A stretch of DNA of 64,000 nucleotides from Phoronis australis. Its lineage: Eukaryota; Animalia; Phoronida. Positions 28,301 to 40,223 of this stretch are shown piece by piece. The notes below the pieces were generated by a model. That model saw only the letters and a program-made list of their open reading frames with translations, was not told where the DNA came from and did no database searches. Where the stretch lies: the NCBI GenBank assembly GCA_002633005.1, contig NMRA01000142.1, positions 478,860 to 542,859 of the forward strand, written 5' to 3'. The position numbers and the translations under genes are program-made. Numbering within the stretch: position 1 is the first letter of the stretch; each line of letters begins with the position of its first letter.

Positions 28301-30939
28301 GCCCGAATTTTTAGAACCAATTTTCTCCACTGAATAACGGGCATCAAACTGGTTCTCAAAATACAGGCACATTATATCAGACTATTGCCATACAACAGTT
28401 CTACTTCATTATAAGGCTTGTTCCCAAGGACATATCTGCACAAAATTAAACAAACTTAACTCCAGCATTCTACCTACCGCGAGTGTAGTAGTTCACTTAT
28501 AATGAAAATACATATTTGTTAAACTTTACTTGAGGCACAAATACAATGGTAATCTTTTTAGCCACTTTAATACAATCTCCCACTAACGCAGACGCTGATT
28601 TCCAGGCGTTTTACACTATGGCACACATCAGTAACCTTGTCCGAAAATAAATGTTTTTTTCCTTTCTCAAAGACCAATAACAGCACCACAAATAAACCCA
28701 ATTTTGCCAAGTGCTATTCTATGGCGCAAATGTAGGGTTGTGACAAGGATTTTCTCAATTTTTCTTCAGGAATTAAGATAAGATAAAATTCCACAGTCAC
28801 TCTGAAGATTACCATAAATCATGTCTTCGCCTATAAAATTGTCCATATTCAACTTCCCTGTGATGTTTAACAGTGCCTGGATGGTTTCCCTACTTACTTT
28901 GTCTTTCTTATCTTGTCTAGCATAGGGGAAGCATGGCATGACGGCGGTGACGCGGCAGGCTGACGCCGTCTTACACGCATTGATCATGATCAGTAGCTCC
29001 ATCAGGTGGTCGTTGATCTCACCACAGCCACTCTGAATAATGTAGACATCCTCGCCACGTACCGACTCACCAATCTCAACACTTGAGAAAATAAAGGAAA
29101 CTTTTGTTACTATTAATTAGCATTAATTTTAAAAAGACAAAAGAACTGCAATATTCTCTAAAGCTCAAGATAAATATATGCGCAGAACCATTTGATCCAA
29201 CAATGCGTGTTTTGGTCTAATAATGCAACATGTGTTAATGCACAATATGTCATGAACACATGCATGCATCTAGTTGTGGATGTACGTCAGGCCTTGGATG
29301 GAAAGTCGTCAGCTTTTACCAGTGGCATATCGTTGCGTTTAAAGTCTGATAACACATGTGTCATGAACAAAATGTTTCTAGAACAATTTTCTATCCGACA
29401 TAATAACGTTGTTTCTCCATATGAAAATGCATCGTCGAATTGTATGGCTTTATGCATGCATCATTACTTTTCCATGCTTTTGATGTAAAAGGAATTGGCA
29501 CGTCTCACATAAATCAAACTGTACAAAAAACTACAGTGAACTTAAAATTAGAAAAATTACGATGAAATAAAATGTCATTGGGTAAATTTTTTTAAAAATT
29601 AAACAACGTAAATCAAATCAAATTACATCTTCTACTTGCAGAGGATGTCATTATCTAGAGACCCCAATTTTATCAGGGCTCCCATGGAAAGCAGTGTGAA
29701 CTGATATGGCTACCCTCATTGTATATACTACAAGAAGAAATAAATAAACAACCAAGAAATCTGACTTTGTTTTACATTTTCAAGGTAATAAATAACGTAT
29801 TAAATGTTCTGGGAATAGTATTACTCTTTCCGATTTGCCGCAGCAACACAAAGTTGGTGCAAGCCATGCTTGCTGTTTCTCAAAACAGAAAAAAACCAAT
29901 GAGGTCAAATAATTAGGTCATGATGGAAAAACGGTACAGGAGTTAGTCCCCTGCCCCCNCCCCCCTCCCTAAATCCACCTATGTTGTAAAGCAAATTGAC
30001 AATAGACATTACAAGTTAAAACAGTAGCTACAAGAGAACATCTCATATTTACAAGAGTAACGGAATATGTAGATTTACAAAATGGAAAAAAGACAAATTA
30101 CACGTTTTGTTAAATTGGATTTATGCTTTTCAAAATGGAAAACTATGATATTTACGTTTGCATTTTTGTTCAGGGAGAACCTCCACTTGGTTACTTTAAA
30201 TATTTCAATTGAGGTCATATAATTAGGTCATGATGGAAAAACCATACAAGAATGGTGGTCCGAGTGGTCATATGAAGTTGACTTTTCTTCATTAGCTAAC
30301 AAGTCTTCAAAGTTGATGGCGTGACCCTCTAACAGAAGTTCCGATATGTCGGCCTTTTGGGAAGATGTTTTGTGTTTTGATTGTGAATTTGTTGCAGAGT
30401 CCCTGGAGCAGGGCAATGAAATACTAATGAGGAGAAAGAACATTGTTCAGTAAGTTGAATCTCTGTTTTGTATAACTTTATTGAGATTTGTGTTTGATAT
30501 GGACGGCTGAAGTGAAGCGCCAGTGAAATTCCTAGTCCTGGGTGTCAGACCTTTAAGTATAGTGCCTATGCAAAGCTTTGCATCCGACCAGTAGCCTGCC
30601 CGGCTAAGTAGTGAGTGCCAGTTATTGAGTTATTCTAGATAATTGAAATAATAGTAAACCAGTGTCGGTGAGCAAGCCAAATTTCATTTAGCATGACTAT
30701 CATTCATGGGTATCCCAAATATATAAATAAAAAATCATCTGACACTAATCACTGATAACACAAGGTGATCACGAGTGACACTGACTGACACTGACGTAGT
30801 TTGTAGTGACAGTCTACCTCGTCTCTTGGTTGCTGAATTTTTTCAGGACGACTTTTCCTAATTCCAATCCTAGACGATCCACAACTCGCTGAGCTAGGTC
30901 TGGGTGAGAAGAACCACTAAATATTTTAATATTCGGCAT
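22295..30939 (-). CDS. PRPS1: Ribose-phosphate pyrophosphokinase (PRPP synthetase, class I), 318 aa, 6 coding exons
   Basis: Exons 30818-30939, 28898-29081, 26694-26917, 24516-24689, 23767-23926, 22295-22387 total 957 nt, all GT-AG. Motifs [59 protein letters not shown]. Confidence 0.97.
23438..23510 (-). mobile_element. Degenerate tRNA-derived SINE head
   Basis: Decayed A-box (CGGTCCAGTGA) and B-box (GGTTACAATCC) at tRNA-like spacing. Confidence 0.35.
23767..23926 (-). CDS. PRPS1: PRPS exon 5
   Basis: [22 protein letters not shown]...VTTNTIPQ. Confidence 0.95.
24516..24689 (-). CDS. PRPS1: PRPS exon 4
   Basis: [25 protein letters not shown]...[10 protein letters not shown]. Confidence 0.95.
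25788..25898. mobile_element. About 110-bp palindromic MITE; second copy in the opposite orientation at about 28284-28390
   Basis: gtctgatataat...ttttgagaaccagttt / aaactggttctcaaaa...attacatcagac. Confidence 0.6.
26694..26917 (-). CDS. PRPS1: PRPS exon 3
   Basis: [36 protein letters not shown]...SPDAGGAK. Confidence 0.95.
27100..28076. mobile_element. Non-autonomous Tc1/mariner-superfamily element
   Basis: TA|CCGTAAACTCGCAGG ... CCGTGAGTTTACAG|TA, with repeated subterminal aagcgccca / atcgccca motifs at both ends. Confidence 0.7.
28898..29081 (-). CDS. PRPS1: PRPS exon 2
   Basis: [37 protein letters not shown]...[10 protein letters not shown]. Acceptor ttctcaag, donor gtaagt. Confidence 0.95.
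30818..30939 (-). CDS. PRPS1: PRPS exon 1
   Basis: [40 protein letters not shown], donor AG|gtagac. Confidence 0.95.
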
Positions 30940-31298
30940 ATTGCTGGTGTCAGTCGCAGAATGGTGTCCGTATTTCAACCTTTGGCTCCACTGCACTCTT
31001 GCCGAGGACCACATGGGCTGAAAATTCTTCTGGGAGGTCAAGGTTATGTTTTTTGTTATTGTTAGTAAAAATCCTGCAGTTATTTTTAAATTAGAAAGAG
31101 TAGTTACATATTCATTATTTTTGATATTTTTACCGGTTTTATTTTTATAAAAAATTCAAAACATGAATCTCTTTTACTCTCGAACACGCGTCATTCTAGT
31201 TGACCCATTTTTAAATGGTTACTTCAGTGAATACAGGTCCTAGAACGGAGGAAGTTTGGTTGCAATAAGTGTGATTTTAAAACCAACATTGTCGAACA
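30940..31298. promoter_or_regulatory. Bidirectional promoter and 5' UTR region shared by PRPS and UBE2K
   Basis: Divergent start codons at 30939 (-) and 31299 (+), separated by 359 bp. Confidence 0.75.
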
Positions 31299-31361
31299 AT
31301 GTCAAATATTGCGATTTCAAGAATAAAACGGGAATTCAAAGAAGTTATCAAAAGTGAAGAG
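31299..31361 (+). CDS. UBE2K: UBE2K exon 1
   Basis: [21 protein letters not shown]|gtaaaa. Confidence 0.93.
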
Positions 31362-34300
31362 GTAAAACAGGTCAAAAGGTCCGGAGTGCAGAGCTGAAAG
31401 TGGAACTTCTTGGACACGGCTGCTCTGGCCTCTGACTCACTCAGTCTCGGATCAGTTTGCACAGTCTCTACTATGTTGCTGACAGCGATATTGTATTTAA
31501 ATGGGAAGCCTGTCCTGAGATGGATTACTATTATTATTTTAATTTTCTACCAATGAGCTGGACGCTAGTTTAAAAAATAAAAGTCCCCTCATTTAACTTC
31601 AATCCTTCAGCTCCAACAACTTAGGCCCAGAAAAGGAAGAATGTCATTCGCACTGTTACTAGGGCTGGCGACTGTTCTTCCAATCCTGTAGGCCGGAAGA
31701 TATTTTACAATTTCGGCTTATCCCTGGCTAAATTATTATGTTTCTATATGCATCTTTCGAGTGTAGATGGACACCTTTGGAGTCTTTAAATCCTTCCAAT
31801 TCTCCTGCAATCAACATTTTTCCCTAATAGTCCTTCATTCTATCAACAAAATTGTGAATTGAGCTATTTGTGTGTTGATTGCCTCACTACTCATAATCAC
31901 ATTGTGGTGGACCTCCATGGCCTCAAGAATGAGGCAATCACCAGCGCAGTATACTGGTGATGTGCCAGAGTTCACTAGAACCGAAAACTTGGCCGCCAGA
32001 GTCGCACATCCCATATCTGGACAAAATGACATGGTTAACGAATGAGGAGACCTATTGGAAAGAAACTTAATTATCTAATTATCAAAGGATTAATTTAATG
32101 CCTGAGCCAGTTTTGCTGTCCATATCTGGAAAGTAATGTGACTAGTGGCGGGTGTCAGTCATAGCCATTGATCAATTGTTTCAAATTTGGCATCATTAAA
32201 AAACGTGTTTTGTTGCATCATGTAAGGTTTTGCTGACAATTTAAAGAGTTTTTGAAAACACAAGTTAAGTTAAAAATGTCACGTGGCGGTAAGCACTTTT
32301 TGAGTGTGGTCTTCGATGTCTTTAAATCATGACCAACTTGAACAAATACTGGAGGCAGTTGCGATTTCTTCACGACTTCTCTCACTTACTAAAACAATGT
32401 ATACTCTTGGGATAGCTATCCCATAATTCTTAGTTGAATAATGACTGTTACTAAATGAAGGAACCTGTAGGAAAGAAATCGTGGTTTGCCGAGAATTTGT
32501 TCAAATTGAAAAGTGTCCCCTTGCGCTTGAAAGGCACTTATAGTGAAGTGGCTCTAACGGTTTTGCTTGAGCAAGTCTTAATTTGACGAGAAACTTCTGT
32601 CGTACAAGTTGGTCTCGGACTAGTCATTGTTTGTGATTGTACTAGCTAGAGTCGGTCATACTAATGGGATATTTACCGAACAACTCAGTTGATAGAGCCC
32701 ACTTCTTACGTGAGAAAAGTCTGGTGTGCAAATTCTGCCTAAAACTGGGCCATTAAAAGGAGATTCTCGGTGAGAACAGTTATTACTTGGCGAAATAAAT
32801 TTCGCCAAGTATGTTGGTCTGACAGCAAGTTTTTGTTTGTTCGCTCTCTACAGGTCGCAATTTTCATCCGATTTTCACGAAATTTGCACACGACATGTAG
32901 ATCGGGAAGTACTGGAACGCTGTTGTTTTTGGTCATGATCGGATTCAAAATGGCGGACGTGGCTGCCATTTTGTTTCTGATTTCACAGTCAAATGCTCGT
33001 AGAGACCGCATTTTTTGACGTGCAGGGCTGAAAATTAGTACAAATATTATAGCACACAAGCACTACAACTGCGCCGTAAATTTTTAACTTGCGGTCAAAG
33101 GTGGCGGAAATATCGGCAATGGCGCATGCGCACCTTGATAACTGGCCGAAAACGTTTTTTTCCTGTAGAGGGCGCATTGGCGAACCAATCATTTTCAAAC
33201 TGGTCACGTGTTTGTTGCTATTGATTGGCTTTTATAAAATTTTGTCAAACCGGAAGTCATTTTCAAGATGGCGGCTCTGGCGCATTTTCAACTGTTTTCA
33301 ATCGTTCTACGGTCGCATTTTTAACGGGAAGAGCAAATGACGTGAATTTTTGCATGTGGATTCTTTGAAGTATGCTCTTTCAAAAGTCCTGCGATAACAT
33401 ATTTCTCAGACTGACCGTTTCTGAGTTATTTGACTTTGAATTTCAAAAAAACGCAAAATTTCAATTTTTTCGAAAAAATCATAGAATATTGCAAAACTAT
33501 CAATTTAGATAGAGTTTGAAATGGGCTTTCAGAAGAAGATTTTCATTTTTCGCTAGAACGTCTACTTTTTGAATTATTTGAGATTTTCTAATAGCGTTGT
33601 TCCTTTGTTGGGCGCTCTTACTGCATTGATGTTGGTTAAGTTTATTTGAACAAGACTGTAGCTTATTTCTTACTAATCTATGGCATCTAAGTTTGTCGTA
33701 TGAATGTTATGATGTTGTTCATCATCGCCACCTTGATCATCACAATCATCGTCGTCGTTAAGTTTGCCTATTGTAGCTCAAGACTGTAGGTAGCACTGAA
33801 CAGTCAGGCCACGGCCACGGAGCATTTTCTAGTCCCTAGAATTTATGTTGAGGACGTGTGTCAGGTTTGGCGGGTGGTTTGAAGAAATTGTTGACAAAAA
33901 TTGCCAAGAAACTTATTTACTTGTGTTTCTGAATGAGAAAAGCCAAGTTTTACCTACTTTTGATGCAAACTGGTGGCTGCCATTTGCTATCAACCCCTGT
34001 CGTCTGCTGTCCGAGAAAGCGGGTGCGATTTCAGGTGGCTGTCAGACAGATCAAATTTGCCAAAAAAGTAGCTGGTAAGAGGCTTACTATGACCACATAG
34101 TTAGAATCTAGTTAGAACAAGCATTCTGAATCAGTAGTCAGACTTTTTCTAGCACTTGCAGGGAAGTGGTTATTTCGGGGAGAAAATTGTCAAATTTGGC
34201 ATTTTTTGCGAATAGTTTTGTGTGCCGGGATTTTCTTGCCATGTATATTAACCGATCAGAAATTTGTACAGTTCGATAGAGTTTTAAACGGGCTTTCATG

Positions 34301-37300
34301 AGATGTTTTTCATTTCTCGCTAGTCGTCATGATCGTTGTCGTCCTCCCCATCGTCCTGTTTTCGCGTAATTTCGCCAAGTGTCGCTCCTCCGAGCACTCT
34401 CGTTGATTGATTGATTGATTGAGTAGCTGATTACCTCGAGTGCTGGTTATTACTTTGGATTTAATTCAGGAGCTTTGGAAGATTACTCTTGTAAAATAGA
34501 GCATGCTAATTTTTCTTTGGTTTATTTTATTTTATCTGTTTAATGTAGGCTTAAAATGTTATTGCTAATCGGTTTCTTATGGCCTGTAGGTATTTACTCA
34601 ATTGAACTGAGTGACACACGCATGCCGAAAATTTTCCGTTTGCATTTAATGGAAAATCCCTTGACAAAATTGTAGTGGATCTATCAATCAGAAATTATCA
34701 ACAAGAGATGATGAAAAACACTTGGAATGACAGAATTGAAGACTTCATTTCCTTGACCCGACATCAATGTTTGATTCGTGTTCATTTAAGTTCCATTTCT
34801 GTTTGTTTGATTTCAGTATCTTAAGAGTTCCATTAAAGTTGAACTTGTGGAAGGCGACTTCACTAACCTGCTAGGTCAAATTCAAGGACCCTCGGAGACA
34901 CCATACGAAGGTGGAGTGTTCAAGTTAGAGATCATCATCCCAGAGACGTACCCCTTCAATCCCCCAAAGGTACTGTTAAGGTTATGAAGGAATCTGGAAT
35001 AATGGCCAAATTTGGCTATCTTCAGAACGTCGTATCTCAGAAATGGGTGATCGGATTCTTATGAAACATTTAGATACTCTGCCTTTTTCTCTGCTCTCCA
35101 AAATCTGCTAGGAATTGTTTTTAAAATTTTCCACTTTTGCATGAAGGCTATAAAAATTGGACTTTTATGTGTCGTTGTGCATTTACTTTGACTTGGTGAT
35201 TACACAACATTTTTCAAATAGCGCTAACTGACCATGTAAATTTATCACCTGTACTTGAGGTTAGTGCAAATGACCCCCCAATCTCTTTGCTCTAAGTCAT
35301 CTGCGGATCAAGATGCAAAGCAAAGGCAAAGTGGAAGCAATGTTCTCAAACTGCATTAATTTTTCAAAATCACTTCATCGAGGACATTTCTTTACGATAA
35401 TGTCCGTAGAGATATGTCCATCTTGGCTCGTTGCCGAGTAGACCAAGCCACACCAACATGGCTTTGACGGACTCGTCCATACATCTGGACATCACAACAC
35501 CACGCATGTTTTGTATTTTTGGAACCTCAAAGTTCAGATGTTTACTTGACTTAGTGGTTCGTGAAACTTACCTGAAATTAAAAGTAAGTGATACTCCATC
35601 CATGGTTGATTTTATCACAAATTCACGTGGACTGAGTTTTAGCTTTCCAAGTCAACATTTTACTCCAGAACATCTCTGGATTCACCGCCATTTTTGTTTT
35701 CGTCGAAGAAGTTCTCAAGAAGCTGCATTCATTTCCTTACACCTGGGGAGATGTGTGTGAAGTAGTGTGGGTTGTATCATTTATCAGTACATCCATATGT
35801 TCATACCCTCGCCAGCTATTCAATGCTAAATGTCTCAATGTACTTGTGGGTTGCATCACTTGTTCATACCCTTGCCTGCTATTCAGTGCTAAATATCTCA
35901 ATCTCCTCGTGGGTTGCATCACTTAAAAAACCTGATGTTGGGTAATGAATTTCTCACGAAAGCCGAAATTTTTGTAGCTGTTTGCAATAGCAAAACTTCA
36001 TGGTAACAAATGAAAATAAGTGCATAAGGAAGCAAACCTACAGGATGAGTAAGGAGTAATTCTCAGAGAATCTCTCTTGCTTAATCAATGTTTACGTTTT
36101 CATTGTGTTGGCTCCATGCGTATCAACCGAAAGTGAGGACGTACTTATGTATCTAGTGTAGGTGTTGGAAATGGCTTCAGACAAGGAGTACTTGCCGCTG
36201 TGTAAGCTTGCACAGTGGATGTGTTTCCACAGCATCAGGTCATGGGATTTTCTTCAAAATTAGGCTCAATGTTCAGGATGAAGTCACACGCTTGCTCACT
36301 ACTCTATCGCAATAGGTTCGTATGTCCAAGTGAGCTGTGCACCTCTCGGACGCGCAAAATTGTTGAAACTCTGTGCCACATTCTGTGTTCAACCGCATTT
36401 GTGAAACTGGGCATGGGAGTAACCTTGTTCTTGTTTTACCTGGTCCCTACTTCACTGCAGCCTTGCTTCATCGTGCTGGTGCTAATCAGAGTCTCCACAT
36501 TTTCCTTTATGGATACAATGACAAATGGTTTTCTCAAACCAATTTGAACTCTACTTGCAGAAAAGCAAATGCATCTATTGCGAAAGCATAACTTAAATTC
36601 ATCATTGTTAAATTCGGGAGTTTCGAATGTCATCAGAACATCCATCAATTAAAGGGGTCTCAAAAAAGCCTACATACTGGAAAATGTGTGTTCCAGCCTA
36701 CATATTTAAGCTTTTCTTTATTTTCTAGGTAAAGTTTTTAACCAAGATATGGCATCCAAACATCAGTTCAGTCACTGGCGCCATCTGTCTAGATATTTTG
36801 AAAGACCAATGGTAAGATGACTTTACTGCCACCTGCAAAATTTGGATAAATACTGTTGTGTCAGACTAGCCATTGTTCTCTGTAGTTTTGTTATTCCTGA
36901 TTTCAGACATGATGTGGATTGGCCGAATTGCTTTTATTAGCTAGTTATAAGACCTCATCTCGTTAAGTGTTGTGGAATTTTTGGAAACGTATTTGTTATT
37001 TCGGAAAAGCGTTAGCCAGTTTATGATGTTTGTGTAAATTGTATCGTTGTGTGTGTTTACCGTAGCTGTTTGGGTAATTCCTAAGGTACTTGAATTGCGA
37101 AATAAGACTCCAAGGGTGGGCAGTCAAACTGAACACAACAAAACGTGGTCACTTAAAATAGAAATTTAGTTAGCTCGAACAGATATGGTAAAATGATTGT
37201 GTGAACATGTTGTTTGATAGCTTCAGAAATTTGAAAATTTCTTAATAATTATAAGAGCACCGTTTATTAATGACTTCTGTAAGGAAGTATGAAGACCTGT

Positions 37301-38754
37301 TCATGTTCAAGATTGGACTGACTGAAATCTCATTGAGTTGTTCGGGGGGGGGTAGACGTAGATCTTTTTAGTACTTGGTTGAGTTGAAATTGCCTTGAAA
37401 AGCCCAGTTCAGTTTAATATTGTGTTTCCAGGGCTGCTGCTATGACGTTACGGACCGTTTTATTGTCAATACAAGTGCTGCTAGCTGCAGCTGAACCCGA
37501 CGACCCACAAGATGCTGTCGTTGCTAGGCAGTTCAAAGAAAGACGAGATCTTTTCAACAGAACGGCGAGGCACTGGACAAATGTCTATGCCAATGGTCAG
37601 TGGATAAGTTGTTCATTCAGGGGAAGCATTTCCTTCTTTGTTGTAACTGGGAGTCTAGCAAACTGCTACCAAAAATTTCCTTGTCAAGCCATAACTTATT
37701 TGTGGATACATCACATGGAAAATGTTCCTCTTTTTTGTCATTGGTCATTCCAAGCCCTGGCTTAGTTATGAAGGATTTTCTGACCAAAGGATAAAAACTC
37801 TTTGTGATACGCTGCAGCTGGATTTCCTACGTGTATGTCCAGTAGGTGGAGTAGCAGAAGTTGCCAGATTTCCAATTTACTTCACCACAGCACTAGAACC
37901 CAGCGGTGAAATTCATGCATTGGTGATTGGAAACTTGCATGTCGGGGCGAAAACTTCACTTAGTCAACAGTGTGATTAAGAAGAATGAAATTTTGTCAAA
38001 GCATTGTATGTTAAGTGTTCCATCCAGCCCGTTTACAGCTGTAGGTCGTCAGCAGTTGTCGTAGCATTGTTTTACGTTGTCTCATTCATTTTGCTGCTTC
38101 TTACCTGTATTGCGTTAATTGTTCAAATTCCATGCGCAGAATATGTTTGAATTTAACTGTATTTAAACGTTGTGTGAAACACTGGAATAACAACAAATGT
38201 GTGTCCTGATTTTCCACAAGACAACTTTTTTGCCATTTGGTCGGTATTTATACCTGAATTTTTCGTCAGTTATGAATATTCTGAGAAGACTTGTGTGAGA
38301 TATTGAGATGTTGCCACTTTTTGTCAAGGTGTGATAATGCTTTATTAATTCACTTGTGTAACTTTATTTTTTTCCTGCAGGACCTACCAGGGAAGGGGCT
38401 TTAGAAGATAAAATAGAAAAGATTAAAATTATGGGATTTGAAACCGTAAGTAAAAAAGAGTGCAGTAGGCCTGATGCCTTTTGCGGTACATCAGCCGTGT
38501 TTAGGCCACAAGGCCATACGTATTTCATGCTATTAAATCCATTGTAATATTAATAGTCTCGTAGCAGTAATTCACTTGTGACAAGTTGGCATTAATTGGA
38601 TTGCCGTGGCGATAATTTCACACGGTACTTCATCATCAACCGTGTTGCAGTCAATTCACGTGTGCCTGTCTTGCCGCAGAATCGTGTCCGGGTAGCGTTA
38701 TCATCGTGCGACTGGGAGGAGGAGCGAGCCACAGAACAGCTGATCAGCTCATGA
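31299..38754 (+). CDS. UBE2K: Ubiquitin-conjugating enzyme E2 K (E2-25K/HIP2), 200 aa, 6 coding exons
   Basis: Exons 31299-31361, 34817-34969, 36729-36811, 37432-37595, 38381-38445, 38680-38754 total 603 nt. Motifs [12 protein letters not shown] plus catalytic Cys ([21 protein letters not shown]), and a C-terminal UBA domain (MGF). Confidence 0.96.
32780..34404 (+). mobile_element. Non-autonomous Helentron/HINE (DINE-1-like) element
   Basis: 5' cttggcgaaat-aa-atttcgccaag inverted pair followed by a gttt microsatellite. 3' copy of atttcgccaag followed by a short stem-loop and ctcgtt. Confidence 0.55.
34817..34969 (+). CDS. UBE2K: UBE2K exon 2
   Basis: [51 protein letters not shown]. Confidence 0.95.
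35798..35924 (+). repeat. Short tandem repeat, about 62-bp unit, two copies
   Basis: tgttcataccct...gctattca.tgctaaat.tctcaat...gtgggttgcatcactt occurs twice. Confidence 0.75.
36729..36811 (+). CDS. UBE2K: UBE2K exon 3 (active site)
   Basis: [28 protein letters not shown]. Confidence 0.95.
37432..37595 (+). CDS. UBE2K: UBE2K exon 4
   Basis: [34 protein letters not shown]...WTNVYAN. Confidence 0.95.
38381..38445 (+). CDS. UBE2K: UBE2K exon 5
   Basis: [22 protein letters not shown]|gtaagt. Confidence 0.9.
38680..38754 (+). CDS. UBE2K: UBE2K exon 6 (terminal)
   Basis: [24 protein letters not shown]. Confidence 0.9.
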   Translation, partial: NRVRVALSSCDWEEERATEQLISS

Positions 38755-39877
38755 GAGACTCTATAGAATACTCCCGTTTGTCCGTAGCTGTTACTGGCAC
38801 ACTTGTCTGGGTAAAGTGGATTTGGCAAGTCATCCCGAAGTGTATGGCTCATTTACATCTGTGTGGTTGTTTCTAACTTCAAGCTAGTCATACTTAATTG
38901 GCAGTTTACTGTAATGATTCCGTAATTTCGGGCACTGAAAATTTATTTTCCTAAAAGCTCGAGGCCATCAGTGAGTTTATTTAGCAACGAAAAATGTTTT
39001 GTCGTTAAACAATTTAAAGCAATGATGTCTAGAATTATCGAAATACTTTGAGAAGGAAAAATATCCAAATCTCATGTGCAAGCTGTTGCTTCTCATATGT
39101 TCATAATTTTTTTAATGTTATGGCTCTTGGTGTTTTGCTTCATAGCGGCACTTCTGAAGAAAGGAGATCGTATAGAGACTACGAGCTGTCTAACATAAAG
39201 TTCAGTCGTGCCTTCAGTCAATTTTTTGTCAATGAAGGGCTGCCACCAAACCATACTCATTTTCAGTGCCCTTAATTTACTAATCGTTACCTTAATTGCT
39301 GCATCAATTCCCAGTCGTTTTGTTGTAATACTCTCTCTCCCTCTCTCGTTTGCACAAAAAATAATCTATTTGGAACTCACAGTTTGAACAAAAAACGGAT
39401 GATTTTCACTAAGTCTTTAAAGTGTCAAAACTGTGGGGTGGAAAATAAAAGATATGAAAGCATATTTGTAATGTATGTCACTTTTGGTCAGAAGAGGTTT
39501 TTAATTGCATATGAAATCCTTAAATGTGTTGGAAGTACTGCAATAATACAAATACTCTAGTAAAAATCGCACGGATCGAATGATGTTATCTGAGGAAAGG
39601 CAAAGTCTGGCATATCTGAAGGTTTCAGTGCTCACACTATAACATGGGCAGCGCAGCACTAAAAAAAGTGGGGGGGTTAAAGCCCCCTCAGCTCCCTTGA
39701 GGTGCAGCGCCTGCAGACCATGTGCGGCGTAGCACTGAAAAAAGTGGTGGGCTATAGCCCCCCCTATGGTGCGCCGCCCATGTATAACAATGGTGCAGCA
39801 GAACTTAGTTCATATTAGGCAATGTCAATTGCATGTACATGTCCAATGTGAGTTTGTTAAATCGCTAAACCACTTCG

Positions 39878-40223
39878 TGAAAAGCATTGAAAGTCTGGTG
39901 AGTCAGACTTTTCCAACCTCTCTCTAAGGGCCTTGTTCACTGGCTGGATTTCCTACGTCAGACTGACCTGGTTCTAGAATTAGGTCGGACACCACTGGGA
40001 GCTGTAACCTTTGATCCCTGTTCAAATTGGGTCGTCTGGTTTTAATGTAGACGGTCTCCTTGACTTTCCTTGAGTACCAGACAACCCAATTTGAACAGGG
40101 ATCAAGTGGTGTACGATTAATTCTAGAGCTAGGCTCAACCTGACGCGGGAAATCCAGTCAGTGAACAAGGCCCTTAGAGAGAGGGCAGAAATGTCCGACT
40201 CACTAGACTCTCAATGCTTTTCA
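39878..40223. mobile_element. Long palindromic (foldback/MITE) element downstream of the UBE2K stop
   Basis: Inverted arms tgaaaagcattga / tcaatgcttttca, ctctctctaagggccttgttcactg / cagtgaacaaggcccttagagagag and ttgatccctgttcaaattggg / cccaatttgaacagggatcaa. Confidence 0.8.

Noticed and set aside
29897-30250. About 40-bp direct repeat (gaggtca.ataattaggtcatgatggaaaaac)
   Set aside because: Flanks a single-N join; not an LTR or CRISPR-like structure
36215-36648. Coding-looking ORFs in UBE2K intron 2
   Set aside because: Interrupted by stops, with no recognisable domain or exon chain
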